Below, one piece after another: positions 25,853 to 37,606 of a stretch of 51,706 nucleotides of DNA. Position numbers and translations under genes: made by a program. The notes below the pieces were generated by a model. The model was not told the DNA's origin. It saw only the letters and a program-made list of their open reading frames with translations, and did no database searches. Numbering within the stretch: position 1 is the first letter of the stretch; each line of letters starts with the position of its first letter. Origin of the DNA: Patescibacteria group bacterium (lineage in GTDB: Bacteria > Patescibacteriota > Microgenomatia > UBA8517); NCBI GenBank assembly GCA_038206135.1, contig JBBRBD010000007.1, forward strand, positions 1 to 51,706, read 5' to 3'.

Positions 25853-27351
25853 ATGTTTGAAGGAGAATCACTGTCACAAGAACAAAAGATATTCACGCCT
25901 GATGTAGTAGACCAATTTCTTGAATCGTACTATGATGCGCTATCCATACCATTAGATGATGAGTCAAATCTCCCTTTGAACAAATAGAGCTTAAAAAGAA
26001 GCAAAATGCCTTTTTTGACTCACTCTCTGGAATCGACAAACCCTTCAATAACCCCTTAACTAAACGAATTTATCAGAGTGATGCAACGGCATTATACTTT
26101 TTATTAAGCACTGGGGAGATAGATGAAATTGTAACAAAGGAGAGGATCAATGGAGCGGCTGATTCTGAAGACAGAACAAAAACACGGGCAAGGATTGTAA
26201 ATGAATTCTTAGAAAAAGCACGGGAAAGAAATCATGAAATTCAAGCGGGAGAAACAGCGGGTGAGAATCCTTTAACGCTTGGTCTTGAGTTTGAATTTCA
26301 GGTTTCAGACGAAAATATTAACACCTATTCTCTCGTAGAAAATCTTGAGAGTTCGCGGCCACAGGCGGCAGAGACAACAATTGCCGAAATATCCGATGAG
26401 GATTTGCATAATTTCAAGCGGGAGTCAGCGCATTTAAAGGAAGGTGACGATCCATTTTGGGAACGAGTGACTGAGCCAAGTCTTACTCCTCAAACACAAC
26501 TCCGAGAACAGCTATATACGAGAAAATCGCCTGGAAGCTTGATTGAATCCGCTCCAATTTTAGGAGTTCACGAAACGTATGGAAATGTAGAAATTAGTCC
26601 AGAACACTTGGAGGTTATGGATTTACTGGCAATAGAAGTTTCCTGTGGATTAGTTGAACCAAGCATTGTCCGAAATGGAGTCTTGCAAAGAGCACTGGCC
26701 GAAGGAAAGATAAAAATTGCAACAAAGAGAGCAACAGAAGGAAAATTGTTTCGAGAAAATTACACAAAACTAACAAAGATAAACGGAGAGTATTACTACT
26801 TTCCTTTCCATAGGGGGAGAGATGCAAAAAAGGAAAATACTGCGATTCGGCCAGAAACATTAGAGTCTGTTGCAATCGACAAATTTAAAGCATATCCAAA
26901 AGAAGTTCCTAACTCATTGGTTGAAAAACGAACTGTATATGCATACGACAAAGATGATTACATTCGTATGGTAAAAGAACTTGATACCTCGTTTTTAGGT
27001 ATGAAAGGAATACAGTCAACTCAGACGAGTGAAGGTAAACGGACACCAAGTCAAGAATCTATGGCACAATCTTGGGACATGCTTACAAGCCGATGGAAGA
27101 CATTGCTCGAAGAAAATGAAATCGAATATCCTAAAGACAAAACTGAATTATTCGTTGGCCCGTACAAATCTGATCAGCAGATTGAAGATGAAGTTAACAA
27201 ACAAAAGAAAGATAGCGCATTAAGGTATAACAGATTCCTCAGTGAAATAACATTAAAGACTTTAGTGAATCCTCAGTTTAGGCAGAAATCATATGATTTG
27301 ATCGCCAATTATCGAAAGGAAATACGTGCAGCTCAAATAACAGAAGCGTAG
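25853..27351 (+). CDS. Hypothetical protein in two frames (44-aa ORF 25853-25987 plus frame open 25963-27351); -1 frameshifted gene or pseudogene
   Basis: The 26404 ORF frame is stop-free back to 25963 without a start codon; upstream ATG 25853 follows TGaTATGAT; overlap contains C_CCT_TTG. Confidence 0.6.
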
Positions 27352-27381
27352 TTCGATTGATTGATATAAACGAGAAGCAAA

Positions 27382-27861
27382 TTACCAGCGGAAATGTGCG
27401 AAAGCTTTGTTTGCTTCTGCTACTTTTTCAACGTCTTGTCTCTTTTTAACTGCCACACCTTCGCCTTTTGCAGCATCCATAATTTCTGCGGCTAATTTTT
27501 CTCCAAATGTGTGATATTCAGAATTACTTCTTGAGCGTGCTGATTCAACTAGCCAACGGATAGAAAGTGCTTCTTGTCTACGTCCTCGAACTTGAACTGG
27601 AACTTGATATGCAGCCCCACCAATTCTGCGTGCTCTAACTTCCATAGTTGGGCGAACATTCTCAAGTGCTTTTGTGAATATCGCAACTCCGGGCTCTTTT
27701 GTTTCTTCCTCGATTTGCTTAAAGGCAGCATAAACTTCTTTTTGTGCAATACTTTTCTTACCATCATACATAGCTCTATTAATAAGCTTTGTAACAAGTA
27801 CATTTCCATGTACTGGGTCTGTAGCAATTTTTCGTGATCTAACAGCTCCTGAACGTGGCAT
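27382..27861 (-). CDS. rpsG: 30S ribosomal protein S7
   Basis: DGKKSIA, EVRARRIGGAAYQVP, AEANKAFAHFRW. Confidence 0.98.
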   Translation of the reverse strand: MPRSGAVRSRKIATDPVHGNVLVTKLINRAMYDGKKSIAQKEVYAAFKQIEEETKEPGVAIFTKALENVRPTMEVRARRIGGAAYQVPVQVRGRRQEALSIRWLVESARSRSNSEYHTFGEKLAAEIMDAAKGEGVAVKKRQDVEKVAEANKAFAHFRW

Positions 27862-27865
27862 ATCT

Positions 27866-28288
27866 TTATACAGCCGCAGCTTGCCCTTTCTTAGCGCCGT
27901 ATCGTGAACGTCCGTTTACGCGGCCCACAACGCCTTTAGTATCATACTTTCCTCGAACAACTTGGTATTTTACTCCTGGCAAATCTTTAACACGACCTGC
28001 ACGAACCATAACAATTGAATGTTCTGCCAAGTCATGTCCTTCGCCGGGAATGTAAGCGGTAATTTCATATTTGTTTGAAAGACGTACACGACAAACTTTT
28101 CGAAGTGCTGAATTTGGTTTCTTTGGAGTCATTGTACGAACTGACAAAATTACCCCACGCTTAAACGGAGAGCTTACTTCACTGTAACGACGTTTTTTAC
28201 TATTAAACCATTGTTTCAGTGCAGTACTCCCCGTCTTTTTGCGTTCTGGCTTTCTACCTTTTTTTACTAATTGTGCAATTGTTGGCAT
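27866..28288 (-). CDS. rpsL: 30S ribosomal protein S12
   Basis: [38 protein letters not shown]. Confidence 0.98.
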   Translation of the reverse strand: MPTIAQLVKKGRKPERKKTGSTALKQWFNSKKRRYSEVSSPFKRGVILSVRTMTPKKPNSALRKVCRVRLSNKYEITAYIPGEGHDLAEHSIVMVRAGRVKDLPGVKYQVVRGKYDTKGVVGRVNGRSRYGAKKGQAAAV

Positions 28289-28298
28289 GTTTTTACTC

Positions 28299-31200
28299 TT
28301 ATACCATCATTCTGGCTCGCTCTTCGTCCACTGGAATGAGGCGTCCGATGATAACATTTTCTTTGAGTCCAATCAAACGGTCGCGCTTTCCCATTAGGGC
28401 ACTGGTTGCCAATACGTCTGTTGTTTGCTCAAATGATGCTGCTGATAGCCAAGACTCAGTTAAGAGTGCACGTTTTGTGATTCCCATCAAAGTAGGTCGT
28501 GCAGTGGAAGCTTCTCCACCTGCTGCGATTACCTTTTCATTCTCTTCATCAAAGAATGATCGATCGACTGTTTCTCCTGGCAAAAGTGTGGTGTTTCCAC
28601 TTGTTGAAATTTTCACCTTATCACTCATCTTTCGTACAATTACTTCAAAATGGCGATCGTTAATTGGAATACCTTGAGATTCATAGACAGCCTGCAATTC
28701 GTTGATCAAGTATTCTTGTGCTGGAATTAAGCCTCGAATAGACAAGAGTTCTTTGATGTCCAAGTATCCGGTTGAAAGCTGTGCACCTGCTTCTACAAGC
28801 TGGCCATCTTCCACCATAAGCTTACTGGTCTTTGGAATTACAAATTCTCGTACTTCCTCTGGCTTTACATCAATACTGGTGACGAATACTTTCCAACCAT
28901 CTTCAAGTTCTTCTACTTTGATTTTCCCAGAAATATCGGTAAGTGGCGCCATGCTTTTTGGAATTCGTGCTTCAAAGAGTTCTTCGACACGTGGCAAACC
29001 TTGGGTCACGTCGACTCCAACTACTCCTCCACTGTGCTTGGTTCTCATGGTGAGCTGAGTTCCTGGTTCTCCAATTGATTGTGCTGTCAAAACTCCAACT
29101 GGTGTACCAATCTTTGCAATTTGCTTGTTCGAAAGATCCCATCCGTAACAATTTGCACAAACTCCATAGCGACTTTCACAAGAGAGTGGGGAGCGTACAT
29201 ATACTGATTCCACTTGTGCTTTCTCAATCTCTCGAGATGTTAGTTCATCGATAAGTGCGCCTTTAGCAACCAATACCTTTCCGTCTACTTCAATGTCTTC
29301 CAATGCAAGTCGTCCAACAATTCTTCGTGCGTACACACTAGGTCGGATGTTTTTACTAATTCGAATACCATCTTGTGTTCCACAATCTTCTTCTCGAACA
29401 ATAACATCGTGAGCAACGTCTACGAGACGTCGTGTTAAGTATCCAGCATCAGCTGTTTTCAAAGCTGTATCAGTCAATCCTTTTCGAGATCCACGAGAAC
29501 TTGTTACATATTCAAAGACTGAGAGTCCTTCACGGAAATTACTTTTAACTGGCAATTCAACGATCTTTCCTAGTGGGTCGACAACAAGTCCTCGCATACC
29601 AGCAAGCTGTTTGATTTGTTCCTTTGATGTACGTCCAACTTTAGCGTCGATGACAATACGAATTGAACTTGTAGGCTCAACCAAACTCCAGGTCTTTTCT
29701 GCGATTTCTTCAGTTGTCTCAATCCAAATTTCTTGAGATTTTCGGCGTCTTTCTTCAGTTGTAATTAGTCCTTGGGCAAAAGCCTCTTCGATTTCAGCCA
29801 CTTTAGCATTTGCAACATCAATCATTTCAGCTTTTTGAGGATGCACTACTGCATCTGAAATTCCGAATGAAAGTCCAGAGTAGGTACCTCCTACGAATCC
29901 AATATCTTTAATATCATCGATCATTTGAACAACTCTTTCGTGTGGAACTTTGGAAATTCCATCAACGATCAAATCTTGAATGAGTCCAGAACTCATGTTT
30001 TCATTCATATATCCAAATTCAGATGGCAAAATTTCGTTAAAGAGTACTCGACCTACAGTTGTATCAATGACTGCATCAGCGATCTTGATATGAATAAGCT
30101 GTCGCAGACTAATCTTTCCTGTTTGATAAGCAAATATTGCTTCTTCTCGTCCTGAGAAAGTTGTTACATCAGGTTCAATTCGAGTATCCAAACTAGTAAA
30201 GTAATACACTCCAAGCGCAATTTCCTTAGATGATGGAGCAGAGGTTGGTGAACCGTCTGCAGGCTTTAACAAGTTTCGATCTGAAATTACGAGTTCTTTC
30301 ACTTCTTTAATAGCACGCTCTGAGAGTGGCAAATGAACAGCCATTTGATCTCCGTCAAAGTCAGCGTTGAATGCTTTACACACTGTTGGATGCAATCGAA
30401 TAGCGTTTCCTTCAATAAGGATTGGATAAAATGCCTGGATACCCAATTTGTGCAAAGTAGGAGCGCGATTCAAAAGAACTGGATGATCTTTTGTAATCTC
30501 TTCCAAGATATCAAATACTTCTGCTGGTCGTCGTTCAAGTAAATTCTTCGCACTCTTCACGTTAGGTGCAATTCCTCGCACAATCATTTCGCGAAGTACA
30601 AATGGTTTAAAGATTTCCAATGCCATTTCCTTTGGAAGTCCACATTGGTTAAGTTTCAATTCTGGCCCGACAACGATAACTGATCGTCCTGAATAATCAA
30701 CACGCTTTCCAAGTAAGTTCTGTCGGAATCGACCTTGCTTTCCTTTTAACATATCTGAAAGTGAGCGTAGTGGCTGTTTTCCTCGGCCTCTTCGTGTTGC
30801 CTTTCGTTGTGACGCATCAATCAATGAATCAACTGACTCTTGTAACATGCGCTTTTCGTTTCTCAAAATGATCTCAGGTGCTCCCAAGTTGATGAGATGC
30901 TTCAATCGGTTGTTTCGGTTAATAACACGTCGGTACAAGTCATTCAAATCACTGGTTGCAAATCGACCTCCAGAAAGTTGAACCATTGGTCTCAAATCTG
31001 GTGGCAAGATTGGAAGAACCTTCATAACCATCCAAGTAGGGGAAATCTTTCCACTACGCATTCCATCAATCATCTTTAAGCGGCGTGTAAGCTTAATGTA
31101 TCTACTTCCTTTTCCTTTAACTGCATCAATTTCTTCTTTAACTTCCTTTGAAAGCTCATCAAGTTTCAATGCAGCAAGTGCTTCATACAAAGCTTCTGCA

Positions 31201-34200
31201 CCCATCTTTACTTCTACAAAACTGTCGACATTGTAAGCTGCAAGTTTTTCGTATTCATCTTCAGAAAGGAATCCAAACTTTCGTACATCTTTTACAATAC
31301 TAATAAGCTTGCCAAAGAGTTCATCTGTTTTTTCAAGAGTAGACTTTTCTTCTTCAGAAAGACTTGCTTCTTTCTTTCGAGTTTCGAGTTCAACTTCAGA
31401 CATTGCGAGCGCCAATTGTTCTTTTCCTTTAATTTTGTCTTCAGCTTTCTTTGCTCGAACTTCACCATCTTCTTTCACTAACGCAAGTCGCTCTTTGTAC
31501 ATTTCTTTTACTTCTTCAATCTTTTCAGCTCTTGTTTGTTCCAAAGTCTTGATTGAGTCAGTTCTACCCTTTTCATCAACTGACATAACAAGATATCGCG
31601 CAAAATACACAACTTGTTCGATTGCACGAGGTGCTAGATCAAGAAGGAGGGAAATCTTAGAAGGAGCTCCCTTAAAGAACCAAACGTGCATAACTGGAGC
31701 TGCAAGTGAAATGTGTCCCATACGCTCTCTTCGAACTCTACTTTCAGTTACTTCAACTCCACACTTGTCACAAGTGACACCCTTATAACGGATTCTTTTG
31801 TATTTTCCACAATAACATTCCCAATCTTTAGAAGGTCCAAAGATTCTTTCATCAAAAAGACCGTCTTTCTCACTCTTTAATGTTCTGTAGTTAATAGTTT
31901 CTGGTTTTGTAACTTCACCTCTACTCCAAACTCGGATTTCTTCTGGAGAGGCAAGTCGAATAACCAAACCTTTAAAGTCTTCGAGGTTGGAAAGCATAGT
32001 TAATGGATCGACAAACTGTGAAGTCTTTTTGTCTACGATCTTTTCCATAAGCTCATCAGGGTTAATATCCTCTTTTGGTTGTGGTCCTTCAATTTGAATA
32101 GAAAGTCCAAGTGAGTTAAGTTCTCGAATCAAAACTTTAAACGATTCTGGAACTTTTGCCTCTGGAATTGGTTCACCTTTTACAATTGCGCCAAATGCTT
32201 GTGCACGACCAACGATATCATCAGATTTGATGGTAAGCATTTCTTGGAGTGTGTGTGCTGCTCTATGTGCTTCAAGTGCCCAGACTTCCATTTCTCCAAG
32301 TCGCTGTCCACCCATTTGAGCTTTTCCACCAAGTGGCTGTTGTGTAACCAAAGAATATGGTCCAGTTGATCGAGCATGGGTTTTGTCCTCAATCATGTGC
32401 TTCAACTTCAAAATATATCCAATTCCGACTACAGTGTCTTCTGCGTAATTTTCTCCTGTTCGACCGTCAAAGAGACGAACTTTTCCAGTTGCAGGAAGAC
32501 CAGATTTTACAAGTTCTTTAGAAATTGCGTCATCTCCAATTTCGTCAAAAACAGGAAGTGCGCCTTTTTCACCATTCTTTACAAGTGCCCATCCAAGGTG
32601 GGCTTCCATAAGTTGTCCTAAATTCATACGAGCAAGTACTGAAAGTGGGGAAATAATAAGATCAACAGGAGTTCCATCTGGTAGATATGGCATATCAGCT
32701 GCAGGCATAATTTTCGCAATAACACCTTTGTTTCCATGTCGTCCTGCCAATTTGTCTCCGACCATAACTTTTCTGATTTGAGCAACTTTTACAATTACGG
32801 TCTTCATAACACCAGGTCCGAGTTCGTCACCTGTCAATTTGTCGAGAATTTGAACATCAACAACAATTCCTTCTTCTCCATGAGGTACTCGAAGCGAAGT
32901 GTCTCTGACTTCGCGAGCTTTTTCTCCAAAGATTGCACGTAACAATCGCTCTTCAGCGTTAAGTTCAGTTTCGCCTTTTGGAGCAATCTTTCCAACCAAA
33001 ATATCATTTGGTCCAACTTCTGCACCGAGGACTACGATTCCGTCATCAGCGAGATTTGCGAGTTCCATTTCTGAGACGTTTGGAATATCTTTTGTTAATT
33101 CCTCAGGTCCAAGCTTAGTTTCTACTACATCAGCTGTATATTCTTTAATGTGGATTGAAGTGAGAAGATCGTCTTTTACTAGTCGATCAGATACGACCAA
33201 CGCGTCTTCAAATCCATATCCATCAAATGAAGCATATGCAACAACCAAGTTGGTTCCAAGTGCAAGTTCTCCTTGTTCAGCAGAAGGACCGTCGATTAAA
33301 AGGTCTCCCTTTTTCACTTTTTGGCCAACAATTACTCGAGCTTTTTGATTGTAAGCCGTTGATTGTGTAGTTCTTTTGAACTTGGTAAGTGTATAAATTG
33401 CTCGAGTGTTATCTTCAGACATTTCAGCACTACTTCGAGTTGGCTTTGTTGTAGCCTTGTCGAGTCGAACTTCAACTCGAGTTGCATCACAATAATCAAC
33501 AACACCATCAAAATCAGATAGAACAACGTGCCCCATTGATTCTGCGATTGCGGCTTCCATTCCAGTTCCTACAACAGGACTTTGTGGTGACACCAATGGA
33601 ACAGCCTGACATTGCATGTTAGATCCCATCAAAGCACGATTTCCTTCGTCATGAGCGAGGAATGGAATCAATGAAGCAGATGCACCAAAAACCTGTCGAG
33701 GAGTCACATCTAAATATTCAATAAGGTCAGAGGCACCTTCTAAAAATGCATTGTTGAAGCGGTAAGGTACACGATCATCAAGTATTACCCCATCTTCAGC
33801 TACGTTAACACCGCTGTGTGTAATATGATATTTTGCGTCATCGTCTGCAGTCAAATATACAATTTGATCTGTAACTCTACCAAAAGATTTACCATCTTTT
33901 TCAATTTTTTCAACTTTTCTGTATGGAGTTTCCAAAAATCCAAATTCGTTTACACGAGCATAAAGAGCCAAGTAGGTAACAAGACCGATGTTTGGTCCTT
34001 CTGGGGATCTTACTGGGTCAATTCTTCCGTATTGGGAAGCGTTAATATCACGAATAGAGAAGCTCGCGCGCTCTCTATTAATACCACCGGGTCCAAGAAC
34101 TGAAACACGTCGCAAATTGTCAACTTCAGAAAGTGGGTTAGTGTTATCTAGAATTGTAGAAAGTTGATTACTTCTGAAAAATTCGTTAATAGAAGCAATC

Positions 34201-35315
34201 AATGGTCTTGCATTAATTAAATTTTGTGGCAATGGTTTGTCTTCAGAAGAGATCAAACTCATTTTCTCTTTGACACTGCGTTCAAGCTTCAAAAGTCCTG
34301 CTCGGAATGCATGAGTTGCAACTAATTCACCAACTCGTCGTAGTCTTCGGTTAGACAAATGATCAATATCATCTACATGGCCTTTTCCATTTTGAAGTCC
34401 AATCAAGTATGAAAGTGTCGCAATAATATCTTGCTTTGTGAGTACCCAATTATCTCGTTCGTTTGAAATAGTAAGATCAAGTCTCTTATTGATTTTGTAT
34501 CGTCCGACTTTACCAAGGTCATATCGACGAGTGTCTAGGAACAAACTTTCAAACAATGCTTGAGCGTTATCAATAATCGCAGGTTCGCCAGGTCTCAATT
34601 TTCGATAAATTTCCAAAAGAGACTCTTCTTGAGTTTTTGTTGGATCCTTTTCAATAGTCTTTTTGATAAAGCGATGAATTTTGTCTGTATCAACATCTGC
34701 AAATGCTTCTTGAATATCTTGATCACTTTCAATTCCCATTGCACGAAGAAGTGTTGTTGCTGAAACTTTTCGACGTTTGTCAATTCGAGCAGAGATTACA
34801 TCATTTTTACTAATTTCAAACTCAAGCCATGATCCATGAAGCGGACGAACTTCAGCCATATAAAGCATACGACCTGTTGCACGATCTCGATTTCCTGAAA
34901 AATATATACCAGGAGATCGAACGAGCTGATTAATAACTACGCGTTCAATTCCATTGACTACAAAAGTTCCAGCATTTGTCATTTGTGGAATATTTCCCAT
35001 AAACACTTCTTGCTCTACACTTTCACCAGTTTTTTTATTGATTAAAGTAGCGACCAATTTAAAAGGAGCTGCAAAAGTGATACCCTTTTCTTCAGCATAT
35101 TTAGGAGTAATTTGTGGTTCTTCAAGAGTATGGCTGCCCAAAAGTAGTTGCCAATTTTTACCAGTGAAGTCTTCAATCGGAGAAACTTGAGCAATTTCCT
35201 CTGCAATTCCTTCATTCAAAAACCATTCCCAGCTTTCGCGTTGAACCAATGATAAATCAAGTTCAGGGATGTTTTTTTCTGTTTTTCCGAAATTGCGTCG
35301 GTTAATTTTTGCCAT
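28299..35315 (-). CDS. rpoBC: Fused RNA polymerase beta-beta' subunit (2338 aa)
   Basis: Beta motifs ([36 protein letters not shown]) run in frame into beta' motifs ([36 protein letters not shown]). Confidence 0.96.
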   Translation of the reverse strand: MAKINRRNFGKTEKNIPELDLSLVQRESWEWFLNEGIAEEIAQVSPIEDFTGKNWQLLLGSHTLEEPQITPKYAEEKGITFAAPFKLVATLINKKTGESVEQEVFMGNIPQMTNAGTFVVNGIERVVINQLVRSPGIYFSGNRDRATGRMLYMAEVRPLHGSWLEFEISKNDVISARIDKRRKVSATTLLRAMGIESDQDIQEAFADVDTDKIHRFIKKTIEKDPTKTQEESLLEIYRKLRPGEPAIIDNAQALFESLFLDTRRYDLGKVGRYKINKRLDLTISNERDNWVLTKQDIIATLSYLIGLQNGKGHVDDIDHLSNRRLRRVGELVATHAFRAGLLKLERSVKEKMSLISSEDKPLPQNLINARPLIASINEFFRSNQLSTILDNTNPLSEVDNLRRVSVLGPGGINRERASFSIRDINASQYGRIDPVRSPEGPNIGLVTYLALYARVNEFGFLETPYRKVEKIEKDGKSFGRVTDQIVYLTADDDAKYHITHSGVNVAEDGVILDDRVPYRFNNAFLEGASDLIEYLDVTPRQVFGASASLIPFLAHDEGNRALMGSNMQCQAVPLVSPQSPVVGTGMEAAIAESMGHVVLSDFDGVVDYCDATRVEVRLDKATTKPTRSSAEMSEDNTRAIYTLTKFKRTTQSTAYNQKARVIVGQKVKKGDLLIDGPSAEQGELALGTNLVVAYASFDGYGFEDALVVSDRLVKDDLLTSIHIKEYTADVVETKLGPEELTKDIPNVSEMELANLADDGIVVLGAEVGPNDILVGKIAPKGETELNAEERLLRAIFGEKAREVRDTSLRVPHGEEGIVVDVQILDKLTGDELGPGVMKTVIVKVAQIRKVMVGDKLAGRHGNKGVIAKIMPAADMPYLPDGTPVDLIISPLSVLARMNLGQLMEAHLGWALVKNGEKGALPVFDEIGDDAISKELVKSGLPATGKVRLFDGRTGENYAEDTVVGIGYILKLKHMIEDKTHARSTGPYSLVTQQPLGGKAQMGGQRLGEMEVWALEAHRAAHTLQEMLTIKSDDIVGRAQAFGAIVKGEPIPEAKVPESFKVLIRELNSLGLSIQIEGPQPKEDINPDELMEKIVDKKTSQFVDPLTMLSNLEDFKGLVIRLASPEEIRVWSRGEVTKPETINYRTLKSEKDGLFDERIFGPSKDWECYCGKYKRIRYKGVTCDKCGVEVTESRVRRERMGHISLAAPVMHVWFFKGAPSKISLLLDLAPRAIEQVVYFARYLVMSVDEKGRTDSIKTLEQTRAEKIEEVKEMYKERLALVKEDGEVRAKKAEDKIKGKEQLALAMSEVELETRKKEASLSEEEKSTLEKTDELFGKLISIVKDVRKFGFLSEDEYEKLAAYNVDSFVEVKMGAEALYEALAALKLDELSKEVKEEIDAVKGKGSRYIKLTRRLKMIDGMRSGKISPTWMVMKVLPILPPDLRPMVQLSGGRFATSDLNDLYRRVINRNNRLKHLINLGAPEIILRNEKRMLQESVDSLIDASQRKATRRGRGKQPLRSLSDMLKGKQGRFRQNLLGKRVDYSGRSVIVVGPELKLNQCGLPKEMALEIFKPFVLREMIVRGIAPNVKSAKNLLERRPAEVFDILEEITKDHPVLLNRAPTLHKLGIQAFYPILIEGNAIRLHPTVCKAFNADFDGDQMAVHLPLSERAIKEVKELVISDRNLLKPADGSPTSAPSSKEIALGVYYFTSLDTRIEPDVTTFSGREEAIFAYQTGKISLRQLIHIKIADAVIDTTVGRVLFNEILPSEFGYMNENMSSGLIQDLIVDGISKVPHERVVQMIDDIKDIGFVGGTYSGLSFGISDAVVHPQKAEMIDVANAKVAEIEEAFAQGLITTEERRRKSQEIWIETTEEIAEKTWSLVEPTSSIRIVIDAKVGRTSKEQIKQLAGMRGLVVDPLGKIVELPVKSNFREGLSVFEYVTSSRGSRKGLTDTALKTADAGYLTRRLVDVAHDVIVREEDCGTQDGIRISKNIRPSVYARRIVGRLALEDIEVDGKVLVAKGALIDELTSREIEKAQVESVYVRSPLSCESRYGVCANCYGWDLSNKQIAKIGTPVGVLTAQSIGEPGTQLTMRTKHSGGVVGVDVTQGLPRVEELFEARIPKSMAPLTDISGKIKVEELEDGWKVFVTSIDVKPEEVREFVIPKTSKLMVEDGQLVEAGAQLSTGYLDIKELLSIRGLIPAQEYLINELQAVYESQGIPINDRHFEVIVRKMSDKVKISTSGNTTLLPGETVDRSFFDEENEKVIAAGGEASTARPTLMGITKRALLTESWLSAASFEQTTDVLATSALMGKRDRLIGLKENVIIGRLIPVDEERARMMV

Positions 35316-35371
35316 TTTTTAATAAGTGTGGGTTCTTAAACGATAACGAACAGTTAACAGGTCTAACGGCG

Positions 35372-35399
35372 ATTATACCTAGATATCATGCAAAGTCAA
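35372..35399 (-). promoter_or_regulatory. Sigma70 promoter of rpoBC-rpsL-rpsG
   Basis: - strand TTGACT-16 nt-TATAAT. Confidence 0.65.
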
Positions 35400-35488
35400 G
35401 TGCAGGTTTAGGGGCATTAATCCACCGGAAGCTTTAGTTCCTTCGGATACTATATCAACAATTTACAAGAAGTTCAAGTGGGCAAGAA

Positions 35489-36460
35489 TTACCTCAAATA
35501 TTTTTGCACATTGGCCAGGTGTTCGTCGTATGTCTTTGCAAAGTGCACCACACCATTTTTGTCATGAATATAATAGAGATAGTCATTCTTAGATGGATTT
35601 GCTGCTGCCTCTAGGCTCGACAAACCTGGATTTGCAATTGGAGCAGGAGGCAGACCTGAAAATTCATAAGTGTTGTATGCACTCTTTAACTTGTAATCGT
35701 CCAGATATACAGTAGGCCACCATTCAGTGCAATTTGGCGCACACGTGGCATTTGCCTTCGCATATTGCACAGATGCATCTACTTGGAGTGGCATGCCAAG
35801 AGCAATCCTATTTTGTAAAATTCCAGCAATTATTGGTTTTTCGCTATCGGTTCTTGTTTCGCGTTCTAAAAGTGAGGCTAAGATAACTTGCTCTTTGGTA
35901 CTGTTCGGAAATTTCTTTTCAAATGTGTTTTTCAAAAATGAGATTGCCTTTTCAGGAGTAACGTCCTTGGGAACCAAATACGTTTCAGGAAATAAATATC
36001 CTTCGTCATCTTTCGTGAGCGTCAGGAAACTAGATGCGAAAGCTTTTGTCTGTGTATCTGTAAATCCAACTGCCGCTCCAATTTTTGAGGAAATTTGTTC
36101 TCTACGAAGTCCTTCAGGAAGCGTAACCCAGACTTCTTGTGGACCCTTTTGTAAAAATGCAATTACTTGAGGAACTGAAAGATTCCCGGGGATTTCAAAT
36201 TCACCTACAGGTAGATTTGCAGCTTTATGTGTAAATTTTACATAAGCACGGAACACAAAGACGCTTTTAATCACTTTTGCTTCAAAAAGTTTTGTAGCAA
36301 TTTGCTCGGCACTACTTCCCTTTATCACCAGTACCGTATGCGTTTGTGCAGAGGTTGACGGAGCTTTAAGTTCTTCTGTCCACCAAATAAATACTGTTAT
36401 GCTTAAAACAAGTGCAGAGCAGACTAAAAGACCTACAATAAAAAGAATTGTTTTCTTCAC
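35489..36460 (-). CDS. mltG: Endolytic transglycosylase MltG (YceG)
   Basis: N-terminal TM; TLPEG, EGYLFPETY, LASLLERE, LQVDAS, YNTY..GLPP.PIANPG. Confidence 0.93.
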   Translation of the reverse strand: MKKTILFIVGLLVCSALVLSITVFIWWTEELKAPSTSAQTHTVLVIKGSSAEQIATKLFEAKVIKSVFVFRAYVKFTHKAANLPVGEFEIPGNLSVPQVIAFLQKGPQEVWVTLPEGLRREQISSKIGAAVGFTDTQTKAFASSFLTLTKDDEGYLFPETYLVPKDVTPEKAISFLKNTFEKKFPNSTKEQVILASLLERETRTDSEKPIIAGILQNRIALGMPLQVDASVQYAKANATCAPNCTEWWPTVYLDDYKLKSAYNTYEFSGLPPAPIANPGLSSLEAAANPSKNDYLYYIHDKNGVVHFAKTYDEHLANVQKYLR

Positions 36461-36492
36461 GAGAATAATTGTATCAGAAGTACAGAGTTAAA

Positions 36493-36687
36493 CTACTTAG
36501 CTTCGGAAAGAAGTGCGCGACGGTAATTTTTACCATCGTTAATATAAATACGACCGCAACTACAAACAAATTTATTTCCTTTTTTGTGTTTTGACTTCTT
36601 CATATATGAAAGATCTTTTCCACAGCCCACACATCTACCTTGAGAGAGAAGCCATGCTTGAATTGGTGCAACTGCATTTTTGATCAT
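36493..36687 (-). CDS. Small Zn-ribbon protein (64 aa)
   Basis: CVGCG...CSCGRIY; start moved to ATG 36687 below TGtTATAAT. Confidence 0.7.
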   Translation of the reverse strand: MIKNAVAPIQAWLLSQGRCVGCGKDLSYMKKSKHKKGNKFVCSCGRIYINDGKNYRRALLSEAK

Positions 36688-36772
36688 ATTTTCTGTATCT
36701 ATTATAACAAGACTCGTATACATGAGAAGTAGTCAACTTTACATATCAGACCTATAGATATATAATTACAGG

Positions 36773-37231
36773 ATGAAAAAAAATGTGGGGTCTACCCTAA
36801 ATTTATGGCCGTACACACTTATAATTATCGGTGTTTGCTTGTGGATATATATTGCTACTTTTGCATCAATCCAAGCACAAGAATATTCAGTACTACCAAT
36901 TAGTTTTTTTGAAATGAACCAAAATACACTTCATCAAGTATCTGGCGTGCAAGTTCCAGTTATTCCACATGTGACCTATATATGGAGTACTCCCATTATA
37001 ATTTCTGGAACATCAGGGGACTTTGGTTTTTATATAGATGAATATGATTCAAATGGCACTTGGGTTTCTGGTCAATGGAAAGGGATAATTAACAATCCTG
37101 TGGACCAAATAGTTGAATTTGATTATGCTCCAACAAGTCGCGTTGTTTCATTTGCGGCCCCACAATACTACATGTCTAAAGATAGCAAACTTGAAGCATA
37201 CATCGGGGAAACAGAGCTGAAGCTAAAGTGA
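36773..37231 (+). CDS. Hypothetical exported/membrane-anchored beta-rich protein
   Basis: N-terminal hydrophobic helix; aromatic-rich FYIDEYD..G.W.SGQW segment; TATAAT 6 nt before ATG. Confidence 0.65.
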   Translation: MKKNVGSTLNLWPYTLIIIGVCLWIYIATFASIQAQEYSVLPISFFEMNQNTLHQVSGVQVPVIPHVTYIWSTPIIISGTSGDFGFYIDEYDSNGTWVSGQWKGIINNPVDQIVEFDYAPTSRVVSFAAPQYYMSKDSKLEAYIGETELKLK

Positions 37232-37606
37232 ATCTAGATATCTCTGTAAAATAACTGCAGCTGAGAATGCATCTTCCATGTCATGTCTCTTTTTTCGTCT
37301 CATTCCACTTGCAATAGCAAGTTGGTTTGCATCAAAGGTGGAAAGTGTTTCGTCTACAAAGCTTACTTTCGTATGAGTTAATAGTTCCAATTCACGACCA
37401 AACTCTTCTGCCTCAACAGCAATGTCATTTTCAGAAAGACCAACTATCAATCGTTCTGGCTTTTCGACTGCAATTACCTCTAATGCTTTTTTGATAAGCT
37501 CTTCTCTGCTTTCTGCACGTATTACAACCAACGGCTCAGCCAAGATTCCTTGAGTAAAAGCTACTCCAAGTTTTTTGCGACCGTAATCAAAAGATAGAAT
37601 TGTCAT
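37223..37606 (-). CDS. yqgF: YqgF/RuvX pre-16S rRNA nuclease
   Basis: ILSFDYG.KKLGVA, IVGL, VDETLST, DAFSAAVILQ. Confidence 0.92.
   Translation of the reverse strand: MTILSFDYGRKKLGVAFTQGILAEPLVVIRAESREELIKKALEVIAVEKPERLIVGLSENDIAVEAEEFGRELELLTHTKVSFVDETLSTFDANQLAIASGMRRKKRHDMEDAFSAAVILQRYLDSL

Noticed and set aside
25726-25896. Long N-terminal extensions in the ORF track for fusA, adk, rplO, rpsH, rpmC, tuf and the Lon-like gene
   Set aside because: They overlap neighbouring genes or promoter boxes. Downstream starts match the family N-termini.
27866-28288. Streptomycin-resistance changes in S12
   Set aside because: Both key lysines are intact (PKKPNS and RVKDLPG).
28219-35190. Many + strand ORFs antisense to rpoBC, r-protein genes, ftsK and rnj
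   Set aside because: Shadow frames of conserved - strand genes, with no SD, motifs or protein-like composition.
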